A stretch of DNA of 64,000 nt from Candidatus Omnitrophota bacterium (GTDB taxonomy: Bacteria; Omnitrophota; Omnitrophia; Omnitrophales; Omnitrophaceae), in contig JAKQXH010000058.1 of NCBI GenBank assembly GCA_029561555.1, positions 2,949 through 66,948 of the forward strand, read 5' to 3'. This document shows positions 28,359-37,982 of this stretch, piece by piece (position 1 is the stretch's first letter; each line of letters begins with the position of its first letter). The notes beneath the pieces were generated by a model, which was given only the letters and a program-made list of their open reading frames with translations, had not been told where the DNA came from and ran no database searches. A program made the position numbers and the translations under genes.

Positions 28359-29477
28359 TCAGGAAGGATTCTTCGGGAGGGTAACCTTGAATAAAGTCCC
28401 TTTTCCAAGTTCGCTTTCGACCTGCACCACACCGTGATGCGCATGAAACGTCCTGGAAGCAATCAGAAGCCCGAGTCCCGTCCCCTGTTTCCCTTTGGTC
28501 GAAAAAAACGCCTGAAACAGCCTGCCTTTCACTTCGGGGCTCATGCCTTCTCCGTTGTCTTCGATCGTAATCTCGTATGATTCGCTGTCGCAGGATTTTG
28601 CGCGGATCCGGACCCAGGATTCATCCTTGCCGCAGGCCTCCATGGCATTTTGAGCAAGATTCAAAATCGCCCGGTAAAGCGAGCGATTATCGGCATTCAC
28701 CGGCCCGAGGCCGTCTTCCGCCCGGAAATCCAGTTTAACTTCAAGCTGTTTGGCCTTCCCGCTCAGATCCTGCTCCAATTCGGACAGCAAAACCTTCAGG
28801 TCCACTTTCTGGCATTCGATCTTGTAATCCTTCGTCAAACTGAGCATGTCCCAGACAAATCCGTCCATCTGATGGATCGCCTTGGACATCCCTTCCAATC
28901 CGTGATCGATAAACTTTTGATTTTTATCTTTGATCCCGCGCCGGAACAGTTCATCACTCAGCTTGGCGATCTGTAAAATGTTCTTGATCTCATGCATCAC
29001 CATGCTGACGGTCTCTCCGATCGCAGCCAAACGCGCCATCCGCACGTTTTCCTCGAAAAGAAAAAGGTTCTTGAGGGCGCTTGCCGCCTGGGAAGCCAGG
29101 TCGAACACCAGATCAAGGTCCCGTCGCTCAAAAACGGGCTCACCCGGTTTCCTGAAAAAACAGGCAATGCCGACGGGATTGTTCCGGGCGAGAAGGGGAA
29201 CAAACAACGAACGGCCGTCAAGAGCGGGATGGCCTTTATCCAAAACGGCGTGAGCCTCCCGTTCGATCTCAACCGTCGGTTTCCCGGGATCGCCGGTCTG
29301 GGCCTCAAGCCAAATCTGCTCATTGCTTCCGACCAGGAACAACAGACTGGCGTCGGCCGGGACCAGATTCCGGGCGCTTTCCAAAAAAAATTCCGACAGA
29401 ACTTGCCGGTCAAGCAGTGAATTGAAAATTTTACCGATTTCGTGCGCGGACTGATAATCGTGATCTGGATTGGTCAT
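28359..29477 (-). CDS. Cytoplasmic GAF-domain sensor histidine kinase
   Basis: H-box MVMHEIKNILQ, N/G boxes (LNLAQNAMEA, DNGEGM, GTGLGLLIA), and an N-terminal GAF-like region. Confidence 0.85.
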   Translation of the reverse strand: MTNPDHDYQSAHEIGKIFNSLLDRQVLSEFFLESARNLVPADASLLFLVGSNEQIWLEAQTGDPGKPTVEIEREAHAVLDKGHPALDGRSLFVPLLARNNPVGIACFFRKPGEPVFERRDLDLVFDLASQAASALKNLFLFEENVRMARLAAIGETVSMVMHEIKNILQIAKLSDELFRRGIKDKNQKFIDHGLEGMSKAIHQMDGFVWDMLSLTKDYKIECQKVDLKVLLSELEQDLSGKAKQLEVKLDFRAEDGLGPVNADNRSLYRAILNLAQNAMEACGKDESWVRIRAKSCDSESYEITIEDNGEGMSPEVKGRLFQAFFSTKGKQGTGLGLLIASRTFHAHHGVVQVESELGKGTLFKVTLPKNPS

Positions 29478-29578
29478 GGAATGTAATCCTAATCAACTCC
29501 GGTCGATATTTCAAGCTTTTTGAAAAAACCTTTTCCGGCCCCCGGCCCGTCGGCGCAAACGATTTCGTCAAAACGGAG

Positions 29579-29606
29579 TTGTGCTGCCGGGGAAATTGCT
29601 TATAAT
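29579..29606 (+). promoter_or_regulatory. Candidate promoter (TTGTGC-16 nt-TATAAT) giving a near-leaderless HD-GYP transcript
   Basis: The TATAAT at 29601-29606 ends 9 nt before the ATG at 29616. No SD lies in between. Confidence 0.35.
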
Positions 29607-29615
29607 TCTTTTCAT

Positions 29616-30275
29616 ATGCGGAAAAAAGCCGTGTCGGGCAAAAAACGGAGCGGGACTCTTCTGAGAGAAATCGGGCACAAGAAAGAAGTGCTCGTGGAAA
29701 TGATGATGATTCTCGTCCGGGCGCTGGAGGAACGGGATGAATACACCAAAGGACATTCCGAGCGGGTAGCCAGTCTCTCCGTAGTCCTTGCCAAAGGATT
29801 GGGATTCAGTCCGGCTAAAATAGAAACTATCCGGCGGGGCGCCCTGCTTCATGATATCGGAAAAATCGGAATCTCCGACGAACTCCTCTACAAACCCGGA
29901 AATTTTACGCCCGAAGAGCGGGCCCGCATGAACCAGCACCCCGAAAAAGGCCATTTCATCGTGCTCAATTCCCATCTGCTCTGGGATCTGATCCCCGCGG
30001 TCCGCAATCATCACGAAAATTATGACGGATCCGGATACCCCGACGGGCTCAAAGAAGGAAACATCCCCCTCCCGGCCCGAATCGTCTCGCTGGCCGATTA
30101 TTTCGACGCCCTCGCCACGGCGCGGCCTTATAAGCCGGCCATGACCAAGGAATCGGTGCTGGAATACGTGCGCTCCATGAGCGGGAAAAAATTCGACCCG
30201 TCGATTGTGAAGGTGTTCTTTAAGATCATCGACGGATTTTACGAAAAAAACTTCAAACCGTTTGGAGAGTCATGA
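29616..30275 (+). CDS. HD-GYP domain phosphodiesterase (c-di-GMP)
   Basis: HSERVA, LLHDIGKIGISDELL and HHENYDGSGYPDGL. The ORF track begins at a TTG at 29520; I prefer the ATG at 29616 (MRKKAVSG). Confidence 0.85.
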   Translation: MRKKAVSGKKRSGTLLREIGHKKEVLVEMMMILVRALEERDEYTKGHSERVASLSVVLAKGLGFSPAKIETIRRGALLHDIGKIGISDELLYKPGNFTPEERARMNQHPEKGHFIVLNSHLLWDLIPAVRNHHENYDGSGYPDGLKEGNIPLPARIVSLADYFDALATARPYKPAMTKESVLEYVRSMSGKKFDPSIVKVFFKIIDGFYEKNFKPFGES

Positions 30276-30700
30276 GCCGAAGGACTTTTTTAATCGAAAG
30301 CCGGACCGAAAACCTGGAGCCCCTGCGCAAAGACCTCGCCCAAGCGCTCGGCGGCCCCGGCCTCTCGGAAAAAGAGCTCTACGGAATTCTCGTGTCCGTG
30401 GTCGAAGCCTGCACGAATTCCATCCGCCATGCGTACGGAAACGCGCCCGACGGAAAAATCCATATCACCGTCGACGACCGGAAAGACAGAGTCATTTTGA
30501 AAATCCGGGATTACGGAAAAAAAATCGATCTCGCGAAAATCCCTTCTCCCACGCTTCCTCCGGTCAATCCGGGAGGGCTCGGCATTTATTTCATGAAGAC
30601 ATTTACGGACGAATTGAAGTATAATACGCGGCACGCGAGGGGCACGGAGCTGACGCTGGTTAAATACAAAAACCGTTCCCCCAATAAGGAGGAGCCTTAA
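30272..30700 (+). CDS. RsbW/SpoIIAB-like anti-sigma factor type serine kinase (HATPase_c_2)
   Basis: N-box EACTNSIRHAY and G-boxes DYG and GGLGIYFM. 142 aa. ATGA overlap with the HD-GYP stop. Confidence 0.8.
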   Translation: MSRRTFLIESRTENLEPLRKDLAQALGGPGLSEKELYGILVSVVEACTNSIRHAYGNAPDGKIHITVDDRKDRVILKIRDYGKKIDLAKIPSPTLPPVNPGGLGIYFMKTFTDELKYNTRHARGTELTLVKYKNRSPNKEEP

Positions 30701-30703
30701 ACC

Positions 30704-31042
30704 ATGAAAATCCAGATCAAGAAAAACGAACAAAACGTAACGGTCATCGCGCTCCAGGGGGATCTCGATTTTCATTCCTCGCCCAATCTGCGGAAGGAAC
30801 TCGAAAAGCTGATAGAATCCCAGGCCCCGAAAATCATGATCGATCTCGCGAAAGTGGAATACGTCGACAGTTCGGGCCTTGCCACGTTCGTCGAACTTTA
30901 TCAGAAAATGAAACACTACGGAGCAAAATTCTCGCTGTTCAATCTGAGCGAAAGCGTTCAAAGCGTGTTCGAAATCGCAAAGTTGAATTCCATTTTTCTG
31001 ATCGCCAAAACGGAAGAAGAAGCGCTGCGGTTTGTCTCTTGA
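30704..31042 (+). CDS. STAS domain protein (anti-sigma factor antagonist / MlaB-like)
   Basis: VEYVDSSGLATFVELYQK contains the phosphorylatable-Ser DSSGL motif. 112 aa. Confidence 0.85.
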   Translation: MKIQIKKNEQNVTVIALQGDLDFHSSPNLRKELEKLIESQAPKIMIDLAKVEYVDSSGLATFVELYQKMKHYGAKFSLFNLSESVQSVFEIAKLNSIFLIAKTEEEALRFVS

Positions 31043-31092
31043 TCCGTATTCTTTTCAACCCCTCTGATTTCAGGTTTTAACCGGAACATTTG

Positions 31093-31917
31093 ATGCGGAT
31101 AAAATTCTTCGATTCTATTTTAGATTTCCTCGGCTCCCTGGGAGCGCGCAGCCACCGGTTCTTCTCGGAAGTTTACGGGATCGCGAAACTGGTGACGGCC
31201 TCCCTTCGCTGGACCGGCCTTTACCTGACCGGACGAAAGAGCAAATTGGTGCGGGAGGCCTTTGCGAAACAACTGGTCCTGATGGGAAACGATTCGTTCG
31301 GGATCGTCGCACTGGTCGCGGCTTCCATCGGAGCGGTCCTCGCCCTTCAGGCGGCCTATCAGCTGCGGCAGTTCGGGGCCATTCTGTATACCGGCAGCCT
31401 GGTCAGCCTCTCCGTCACGCGGGAACTCGGACCGGTTGTCACCGCTGTCGTCATCTCGGGAAGAATCGGCGCAAGAATCACCGCCGAGCTCGGCACCATG
31501 AAAGTCCAGGAAGAACTGGATGCCCTCACCACGATGGGAATCCCGGTCATCCCGTTCCTGGCCATTCCGCGCCTCCTCGCACTGGCCATCATGCTCCCGT
31601 GTCTGACGGCGCTGGCCGACATCATCGGGATGTTCGGAGGTTACCTGGTCGGGACGCTGAGCCTCGGTATTTCCTCGGGACTTTACATCATCAAAAGCTT
31701 CGACATGCTCGTCATGAAAGACGTCCTGACCGGTATCATCAAAAGTTTCGTGTTCGCGGTTCTGATCGGGTTCATTTCCATTCACAAGGGATTTTCGGTC
31801 GACGAAGGGGCCGAAGGAGTGGGAAAAGCGACCACCGCCTCCGTCGTGCTTTCCATTATCGCCATCATCGTGGCCGACTGTCTCTTCACCGCCATTTTCT
31901 ACTATTTATTCCCATGA
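31093..31917 (+). CDS. mlaE: MlaE family ABC transporter permease
   Basis: MlaE/Ttg2B pattern (GPVVTAVVISGRIGARITAELGTMKVQEELDAL). About 274 aa. Confidence 0.85.
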   Translation: MRIKFFDSILDFLGSLGARSHRFFSEVYGIAKLVTASLRWTGLYLTGRKSKLVREAFAKQLVLMGNDSFGIVALVAASIGAVLALQAAYQLRQFGAILYTGSLVSLSVTRELGPVVTAVVISGRIGARITAELGTMKVQEELDALTTMGIPVIPFLAIPRLLALAIMLPCLTALADIIGMFGGYLVGTLSLGISSGLYIIKSFDMLVMKDVLTGIIKSFVFAVLIGFISIHKGFSVDEGAEGVGKATTASVVLSIIAIIVADCLFTAIFYYLFP

Positions 31918-32729
31918 ATCCGGCCGATCCGATCATTTCCGTCAAAGGCGTCTACAAATCTTTCGGCCAAAGAAAGATCCTGAACGGAATCAACCTCGAC
32001 GTCCGCGAAGGGGAAACCCTGGTCATCATGGGAGGATCGGGCTGCGGCAAGAGCACGCTCTTAAGATCCGTTATCGGCCTGATCGAACCGGACCGCGGGG
32101 AAATTTTCCTGTTCGGAAAAAACATGAGCCGCTCGACCGAAGAAGAGCGGAACGAAACCCGGAAGAAATTCGGCATGTTGTTCCAGGGAGCGGCATTGTT
32201 CAATTCGCTCACCGTCGGGGAAAACGTGGCCCTCCCGCTCCGGGAGCACACGGATCTCGACGCTCCGATCATCGAAATCATCGTCAAAGTGAAACTCGAA
32301 CTCGTCGGACTCACCGGATTCGAAGACCTGATGCCTTACGAATTGAGCGGCGGCATGAAAAAACGGGTTGCCCTCGCGCGCGCGCTGGCGTTGGACCCGA
32401 AAATCGTCTTTTATGACGAACCCGGCGCGGGGCTCGATCCGATCACCGCGACCGTCGTCGACCACCTGATCACGGACCTCACCCACAAACTGAAGATCAC
32501 GTCCGTGGTGGTCAGCCACGAAATGAAAAGCGCGTTCCGGATCGCGGACCGCGTCGCGGTCTTGCAGAAAGGGAAGGTCGTCGCTTTCGGCACGCCCCAA
32601 GAAGTCCAGGACTCCGATGTCCCCTACGTGAGGCAATTCATCAACGGCGAAATCGAGGATTCGGCCGCCATTCGGGAAACCAAGGAAAATTATCTAAAAA
32701 GCATTTTCGGAGACGACATTGACTCTTAA
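31914..32729 (+). CDS. mlaF: MlaF-like ABC transporter ATP-binding protein
   Basis: Starts at an ATG overlapping the mlaE stop (ATGA). Walker A GGSGCGKST, signature LSGGMKKR, Walker B VFYDEP. Confidence 0.9.
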   Translation: MNPADPIISVKGVYKSFGQRKILNGINLDVREGETLVIMGGSGCGKSTLLRSVIGLIEPDRGEIFLFGKNMSRSTEEERNETRKKFGMLFQGAALFNSLTVGENVALPLREHTDLDAPIIEIIVKVKLELVGLTGFEDLMPYELSGGMKKRVALARALALDPKIVFYDEPGAGLDPITATVVDHLITDLTHKLKITSVVVSHEMKSAFRIADRVAVLQKGKVVAFGTPQEVQDSDVPYVRQFINGEIEDSAAIRETKENYLKSIFGDDIDS

Positions 32730-32758
32730 CTCAAACGGAAACCCCAGGGAAACAGGCC

Positions 32759-33436
32759 ATGAAAAAAAGAACTGATACTTACTCGCACGACGAAATCCGC
32801 TCGGGACTCTTCATCACTCTCGCCGCGATCGCGCTGATCGCGCTGCTTTTCGCGGCGGGCCGATTGCAGATTTTTCAGGAAACCTACAAGGTCAACATCC
32901 TTTTCAACTACATCAGCGGCCTTCAGACAAACGCGCCCGTTCATTTTGCCGGACACAAAGTCGGAAAAGTCACGAAAATCGAAATCCTCGAGAACCAAAG
33001 CAAGGAAATCTCCGTGACGGTTTCCCTCTCCCAAAAAGCCGTTCTCCGGAAAGATTCCAAGGCCTTCATTGAAATCATGGGATTCATGGGGGAAAAATTC
33101 GTCGAACTCACGCCCGGCTCGGCCGACGCGCCGCCCCTCCCCGCCGGTGAGCCGTTGATCGGCACGGACCCGATCGCTTTCTACGAAATCCTCAAGAAAG
33201 GGACCGACATCGCGGACGAGCTTCAGAAAACAACCGCCTCATTCGAAGAATTGGTCGTCAATCTCAACGACGCCCTGACGGAAAACCGGACCGATATCCA
33301 GCAAATCGTGCAGAACCTGAATTCCGCCTCCGGCAATATGAAGGAGATGACGGAAGATTTAAAGCGTCACCCTTGGAAGCTCGTATTCAAAGGTAAAGAC
33401 GATACCCAGAAAAAGAAACGGTTCTTTTTCTTTTAA
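32759..33436 (+). CDS. mlaD: MlaD/MCE domain protein
   Basis: N-terminal TM, then an MCE core (GLQTNAPVHFAGHKVGKVTKIE) and a C-terminal helical region. Confidence 0.8.
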   Translation: MKKRTDTYSHDEIRSGLFITLAAIALIALLFAAGRLQIFQETYKVNILFNYISGLQTNAPVHFAGHKVGKVTKIEILENQSKEISVTVSLSQKAVLRKDSKAFIEIMGFMGEKFVELTPGSADAPPLPAGEPLIGTDPIAFYEILKKGTDIADELQKTTASFEELVVNLNDALTENRTDIQQIVQNLNSASGNMKEMTEDLKRHPWKLVFKGKDDTQKKKRFFFF

Positions 33437-33479
33437 GAAACGTCCCTCTCGCCGCCTATCAGCCTTCTTTCGGCACTCC

Positions 33480-33501
33480 GTTCCGGCAACAAGGCCGGAA
33501 C
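33480..33501. terminator. GC-rich hairpin between convergent mlaD and mutL (possible bidirectional terminator)
   Basis: GTTCCGGC-aacaag-GCCGGAAC: 8-bp stem and 6-nt loop, with no clear U-tract. Confidence 0.3.
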
Positions 33502-33510
33502 TGCGCAGGA

Positions 33511-35262
33511 TCATTTCCTCTTGAATTGTTTCTCGAGATCAGCGACCGTGAATTTCAGGAAGGTGGGACGCCCGTGCGGGCACGAAAACGGGTTTTCGCA
33601 CTGCGCCAGTTTCTGAAGCAGCGCCCAAACCGCTTCGGGTCTGAGCGCATCATGGGCCTTCACGGATTTTTTCTTACACGCGATCAACGCGGCGATTTCA
33701 TCCGTCTGATTGTCCGCCGAAGTGCGGATCTTTCCTTCTTCGCGCTGCTCCAGACAGCTTTTGATGAAAACGGCGGGAGCCTCTTTTAAGACGGCGGGAT
33801 AAGACCGAATGATAAAAGACGTCTCTCCGAACGGTTCGATCTCAAAGCCCACCTGCCTCAGACTCGGAAGCAGTTGCTTGAAAAGTTCCGTTTGTTTCGG
33901 ATGGATTTCAAGGATTTCGTCCATTAAAAGGGTCTGGCGTTCCGGGTTCTCGGAACGAAAGTTTTTCGAAAATGCCTCAAATACGATCCGCTCATGCGCC
34001 GCATGCTGGTCCACCAGGAGGAACCCTTCTTCCGTTTCCGCCACGACAAACGTGTTGTGCACCTGTCCCAGCACGCGGGTAATCTGGAATTTCTCCTTGA
34101 GGGAAATCGTCTCCGCGGCGGAGGAAACGTCCCCGCTGAAATATCCGCCGCCGGAATCCCGGACGGAATGCGCTTCCTCCCGGAGCGTGAATTCTACCGG
34201 TTGCGCGGTTTCTTTCCCGAAAATCTTGGGCTGGCCGAGCCGCAACTGCAGGGCGGGGACCAGGTCCTGCTCTTTCATGAGCCGGTCCGTGACGATTTTC
34301 CGCAAAAGGGACTTGATTTCGGATTCATGCGACAGTTTCACTTCCTGCTTCGTCGGATGGACGTTCACGTCCACCCATTCCGGATCGGCCTCGAGAAAGA
34401 CCACCGCAACCGGGTATTTCCCGTCCATCAGAAGACCGTAAAAACCGTCCTGCAGCGCGTATCCCAGGGAAAGCGCCCGGACCCAGCGGCGGTTCACGAA
34501 GAAAACCTGCCCGGAACGGTTCGCCCGGGAGATAAACGGTTTCCCGATCAGCCCCGTAAAGCGTATCCCCTTGCTTTCCCCTTCCATTTCGAGCAGATGC
34601 TTGGCCGGTTCTTCCCCGAACACAAACCGGGCCCGTTCCATCGCCGTCTGCGCGGGGGGAAGGTCCAGCAAAACGCGGTTCCCGGATTTCAGGGAAAAAC
34701 GCACGGAAAGATTGGCAAACGCCACGTTGGAAACCATATCCAGGATATGCCCCATCTCGACGGCGTCGGACTTCAGAAATTTCCTCCGCGCCGGCGTGTT
34801 GAAAAAAAGATCCCGGACTTCGATCAGAGTCCCGGCGCGGACCGGGCAGTCCGAAACGGCGCTCCGGATGCCTCCTTCGATCTGGATCTCGGTCCCCGCG
34901 AGTTCACCGGCGAAACCCGTCACGAGTTTCACGCGGGAGACGGCGGCAATGCTCGGAAGCGCTTCCCCGCGGAACCCGAACGATTGGATCGTCTGAAGGT
35001 CCTCGACTTCGAGGATTTTGCTCGTCGCATGCCGGAGAAAGGCAAGCTCGGCGTCCGTGCGGTTCATGCCGTTCCCGTCGTCGGAAACCCGGATCAGACT
35101 TTTTCCGCCGTGCGCGATTTCAATCTCGACCGATGCGGCGCCGGCATCCAGCGAATTTTCGACCAGTTCCTTGACCACGGAGGCCGGCCGTTCGACCACC
35201 TCTCCCGCGGCGATCTTGTTCGCGACCGTCTCGGGAAGAACATGAATGATCCCTTTGCTCAT
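33511..35262 (-). CDS. mutL: DNA mismatch repair protein MutL
   Basis: IHVLPETVANKIAAGEVVERPASVVKELVENSLDAG. The start is trimmed to MSKGII; its ATG overlaps the mutS TGA (ATGA). Confidence 0.92.
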   Translation of the reverse strand: MSKGIIHVLPETVANKIAAGEVVERPASVVKELVENSLDAGAASVEIEIAHGGKSLIRVSDDGNGMNRTDAELAFLRHATSKILEVEDLQTIQSFGFRGEALPSIAAVSRVKLVTGFAGELAGTEIQIEGGIRSAVSDCPVRAGTLIEVRDLFFNTPARRKFLKSDAVEMGHILDMVSNVAFANLSVRFSLKSGNRVLLDLPPAQTAMERARFVFGEEPAKHLLEMEGESKGIRFTGLIGKPFISRANRSGQVFFVNRRWVRALSLGYALQDGFYGLLMDGKYPVAVVFLEADPEWVDVNVHPTKQEVKLSHESEIKSLLRKIVTDRLMKEQDLVPALQLRLGQPKIFGKETAQPVEFTLREEAHSVRDSGGGYFSGDVSSAAETISLKEKFQITRVLGQVHNTFVVAETEEGFLLVDQHAAHERIVFEAFSKNFRSENPERQTLLMDEILEIHPKQTELFKQLLPSLRQVGFEIEPFGETSFIIRSYPAVLKEAPAVFIKSCLEQREEGKIRTSADNQTDEIAALIACKKKSVKAHDALRPEAVWALLQKLAQCENPFSCPHGRPTFLKFTVADLEKQFKRK

Positions 35263-37928
35263 TTCCCGTCCCCTTCCGCCGCCAGTTTCTTTTTCCATTC
35301 GGCCAGTTTCGTCAACGCTTCAAGCGGAGTCATCCGATCGACCCCCGAATTCCGGATCTCATCCAGCAGGGGATGCTCCGGTTTCGCGGTCCCGAAAAAG
35401 GTCAGCTGCCGGCCGGTATCTTTTTTTGAATCCGGGCGGTTCTGCCTCTCGATAATCTGCGTCGCTTCCGTGTTTTCGCTCTCGAGGATTTCGAGGATCT
35501 CGCTTGCCCGGTCGGTCACCGACTTCGGGATTCCCGCCAGGCGGGCGACATGAATCCCGTAACTGCGGTCGGAACCTCCCCGGACGACTTTTCTCAGGAA
35601 CACGATGCCGTCCCTCGTCTCTTTGACGGTGATATTGTAATTCTTCACGCGGGGAAAATGCTCCTCCAACTGCGTGAGTTCGTGGTAATGCGTGGCAAAA
35701 AGAGTCCGGGGGCACCCGCCTTCCCGCGCCAGATGCTCGCAAATCGCCCAGGCGATGCTCACGCCGTCAAACGTCGACGTGCCGCGCCCCACTTCATCGA
35801 GAATCAGCAGGCTCCGGTCCGTGGCGTTCCGCAGAATATGGGCCGCTTCGATCATCTCGACCATGAACGTGCTTTCCCCTCCGGCGAGATTGTCGCTCGC
35901 GCCGATCCGGGTGAAAATCCTGTCCACAAGACCGACCCTGGCGGAACGGGCCGGGACAAAGGACCCCATCTGGGCCAGCAGCACGATCAAAGCGACCTGC
36001 CGGATGTACGTGGATTTCCCGGCCATATTCGGGCCGGTCAGAATGATCAGTTGATTTTCCTTCGTGTCCAGGAGCGCGTCGTTTTCGACGAACTGGCCGA
36101 GCGGCAGCATCGCCTCCACCACCGGATGCCTCCCTCCCTCGATCCGGAGTTCCTGAGATTCCGTCACCTCGGGCTTGACCCATTTTTTCTGAACCGCGAT
36201 CATGGCAAGCGACAGAAGGGCGTCCAAAACCCCGATGGCCTTTGCCATTTCCTGCAGGGGCGCAAGCTCTTCCAAAATTTTTCCCCGGATTTCGTCAAAC
36301 AGCCGAAACTCCAGCGCTTTGATTTTCTCCTCGGCCCCGGAAATCTTCTGGTCCCACTCGATCAGCTCCGGGACGATAAACCGTTCGGCGTTCGCCAGCG
36401 TCTGTTTCCGGATATAATCGGAAGGGACCGAATTCAGGTTTGACTGGCTCACTTCGATCGTGTAGCCGAACACCTGGGAATACCGGATCTTCAGAGACTT
36501 GATCCCCGTGCGTTCGATTTCCTTCTTTTGGAATTCGACGATCCAATTCCGTCCGTTCCGGGCGATATTCCGGAGCTCGTCGAGTTCGATCGAATATTTG
36601 TCGCGGATCAGCCCCCCTTCCTTCACGCTCAGGGGAGGCTCATCGACAATCGCCTGCCCGATCAGATCAAGCAGGTTCGGAAAAGGGATCAACGCCCCCA
36701 GAAGCTCCTTGAGAATTTCGCTCCGGGCGTCGCTCAGCAATTCCTGGATCTCGGGCACTTTCCCGAGAAAAATCTTCAGATTGAGAAGATCGCGCGCGTT
36801 GGCCACTCCGTAATTGAGGCGGCTCAAAGTCCTCTCCACGTCCCTGATCCCCTCGAGCAGAGAACAGAAGGATTTCGTTCTGGCCGACTGGCGGGTCAAT
36901 TCCTCGACGCCGCTCTGGCGTTTCCGGATTTCCCGGACCGTCAGAAGAGGATGGGTCACCCACTGGTAGAGCGTCCGCCCGCCCATGGAGGTGCGCGTCG
37001 CGTCGATCGCGGAAAGAAGCGTCGTCCCCTTTTTCCCCGTCATGCCGGAGACCAATTCGAGGCTTCTCTGCGTCTGCCGGTCGAGAATCATGTAGTCGCT
37101 CGTGTCCAGCAGGCGGGGGAGACGGATATGATCGAGGGCCGAATGAAAGTGGTCCTTCAGATAATACAAAACCGCTCCGGACGCGCTGACGCATAACGGC
37201 TGTCCGGAAAAAGGGATGCTCCGCTCGGAAGCAAGCCGGAAAGCCTCCGTCAGATGCCTCAGCCCTTCTTCCGCTTCAAAAATCCAGTCTTCGTAGACCG
37301 TCAGGCTCACGCGCAAAGTCTCCTTAAGGTAGGTAACAAGCGGCGAATGCCCGGCCAATCGCTTGGGGAGAATGACCTCTCTCGGCAGGAGAAGGGAAAG
37401 TTCGCTGACCAGCCGGTCTTCCGGAATTTCCCTCACGCAAAATTCGCCCGTGCTCAGCTCCAGAAAAGACAGCGCGAAATGCTTCCCGTCCGTCGCGATC
37501 GCGGCCATGTATTCGGGCGCGGCGTCCTTGCTTTCCTCGTCCAAATAAGTGGCGGGAGTAATGATCCGGGTGACTTTCCGTTCCACCAGGCCTTTGGCGA
37601 GTTTCGGATCCCCCATCTGTTCGCAAACGGCCACCTTGAGGTTTTCGTCCAGCAGTTTGCGCACATACCCCTGGAACGCGTGATACGGGATCCCGCACAT
37701 GGGAACGCGGCCCGCTTCGCCGCCTTCCCGTCCGGTCAGGGTAATGTTCAGGATATCCGAGGCCCGGATCGCGTCCTGAAAAAACATTTCGTAAAAATCC
37801 CCGAGGCGGAAGAAAAGAATCGTGTCCGTCGGCAGAGTCTTCTGGATGGAACGGTACTGTTCCATCATCGGCGTCAATTTCTGCTCTTTTTCCAGAGTTT
37901 TCCGGCCGGAAGTCAATTTTTCAGTCAT
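35259..37928 (-). CDS. mutS: DNA mismatch repair protein MutS
   Basis: TPMMEQYRSIQ N-terminus, Walker A GPNMAGKST, and DEVGRGTSTFDG. The start is set to MTEKLTSG (ATG at 37928) because the longer ORF begins at a GTG inside the upstream palindrome. Confidence 0.92.
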   Translation of the reverse strand: MTEKLTSGRKTLEKEQKLTPMMEQYRSIQKTLPTDTILFFRLGDFYEMFFQDAIRASDILNITLTGREGGEAGRVPMCGIPYHAFQGYVRKLLDENLKVAVCEQMGDPKLAKGLVERKVTRIITPATYLDEESKDAAPEYMAAIATDGKHFALSFLELSTGEFCVREIPEDRLVSELSLLLPREVILPKRLAGHSPLVTYLKETLRVSLTVYEDWIFEAEEGLRHLTEAFRLASERSIPFSGQPLCVSASGAVLYYLKDHFHSALDHIRLPRLLDTSDYMILDRQTQRSLELVSGMTGKKGTTLLSAIDATRTSMGGRTLYQWVTHPLLTVREIRKRQSGVEELTRQSARTKSFCSLLEGIRDVERTLSRLNYGVANARDLLNLKIFLGKVPEIQELLSDARSEILKELLGALIPFPNLLDLIGQAIVDEPPLSVKEGGLIRDKYSIELDELRNIARNGRNWIVEFQKKEIERTGIKSLKIRYSQVFGYTIEVSQSNLNSVPSDYIRKQTLANAERFIVPELIEWDQKISGAEEKIKALEFRLFDEIRGKILEELAPLQEMAKAIGVLDALLSLAMIAVQKKWVKPEVTESQELRIEGGRHPVVEAMLPLGQFVENDALLDTKENQLIILTGPNMAGKSTYIRQVALIVLLAQMGSFVPARSARVGLVDRIFTRIGASDNLAGGESTFMVEMIEAAHILRNATDRSLLILDEVGRGTSTFDGVSIAWAICEHLAREGGCPRTLFATHYHELTQLEEHFPRVKNYNITVKETRDGIVFLRKVVRGGSDRSYGIHVARLAGIPKSVTDRASEILEILESENTEATQIIERQNRPDSKKDTGRQLTFFGTAKPEHPLLDEIRNSGVDRMTPLEALTKLAEWKKKLAAEGDGK

Positions 37929-37982
37929 ATCGTAGGCTAGCGCTCCAATAATATCGGGAGGTATTATAACGTAAACAAGAAG

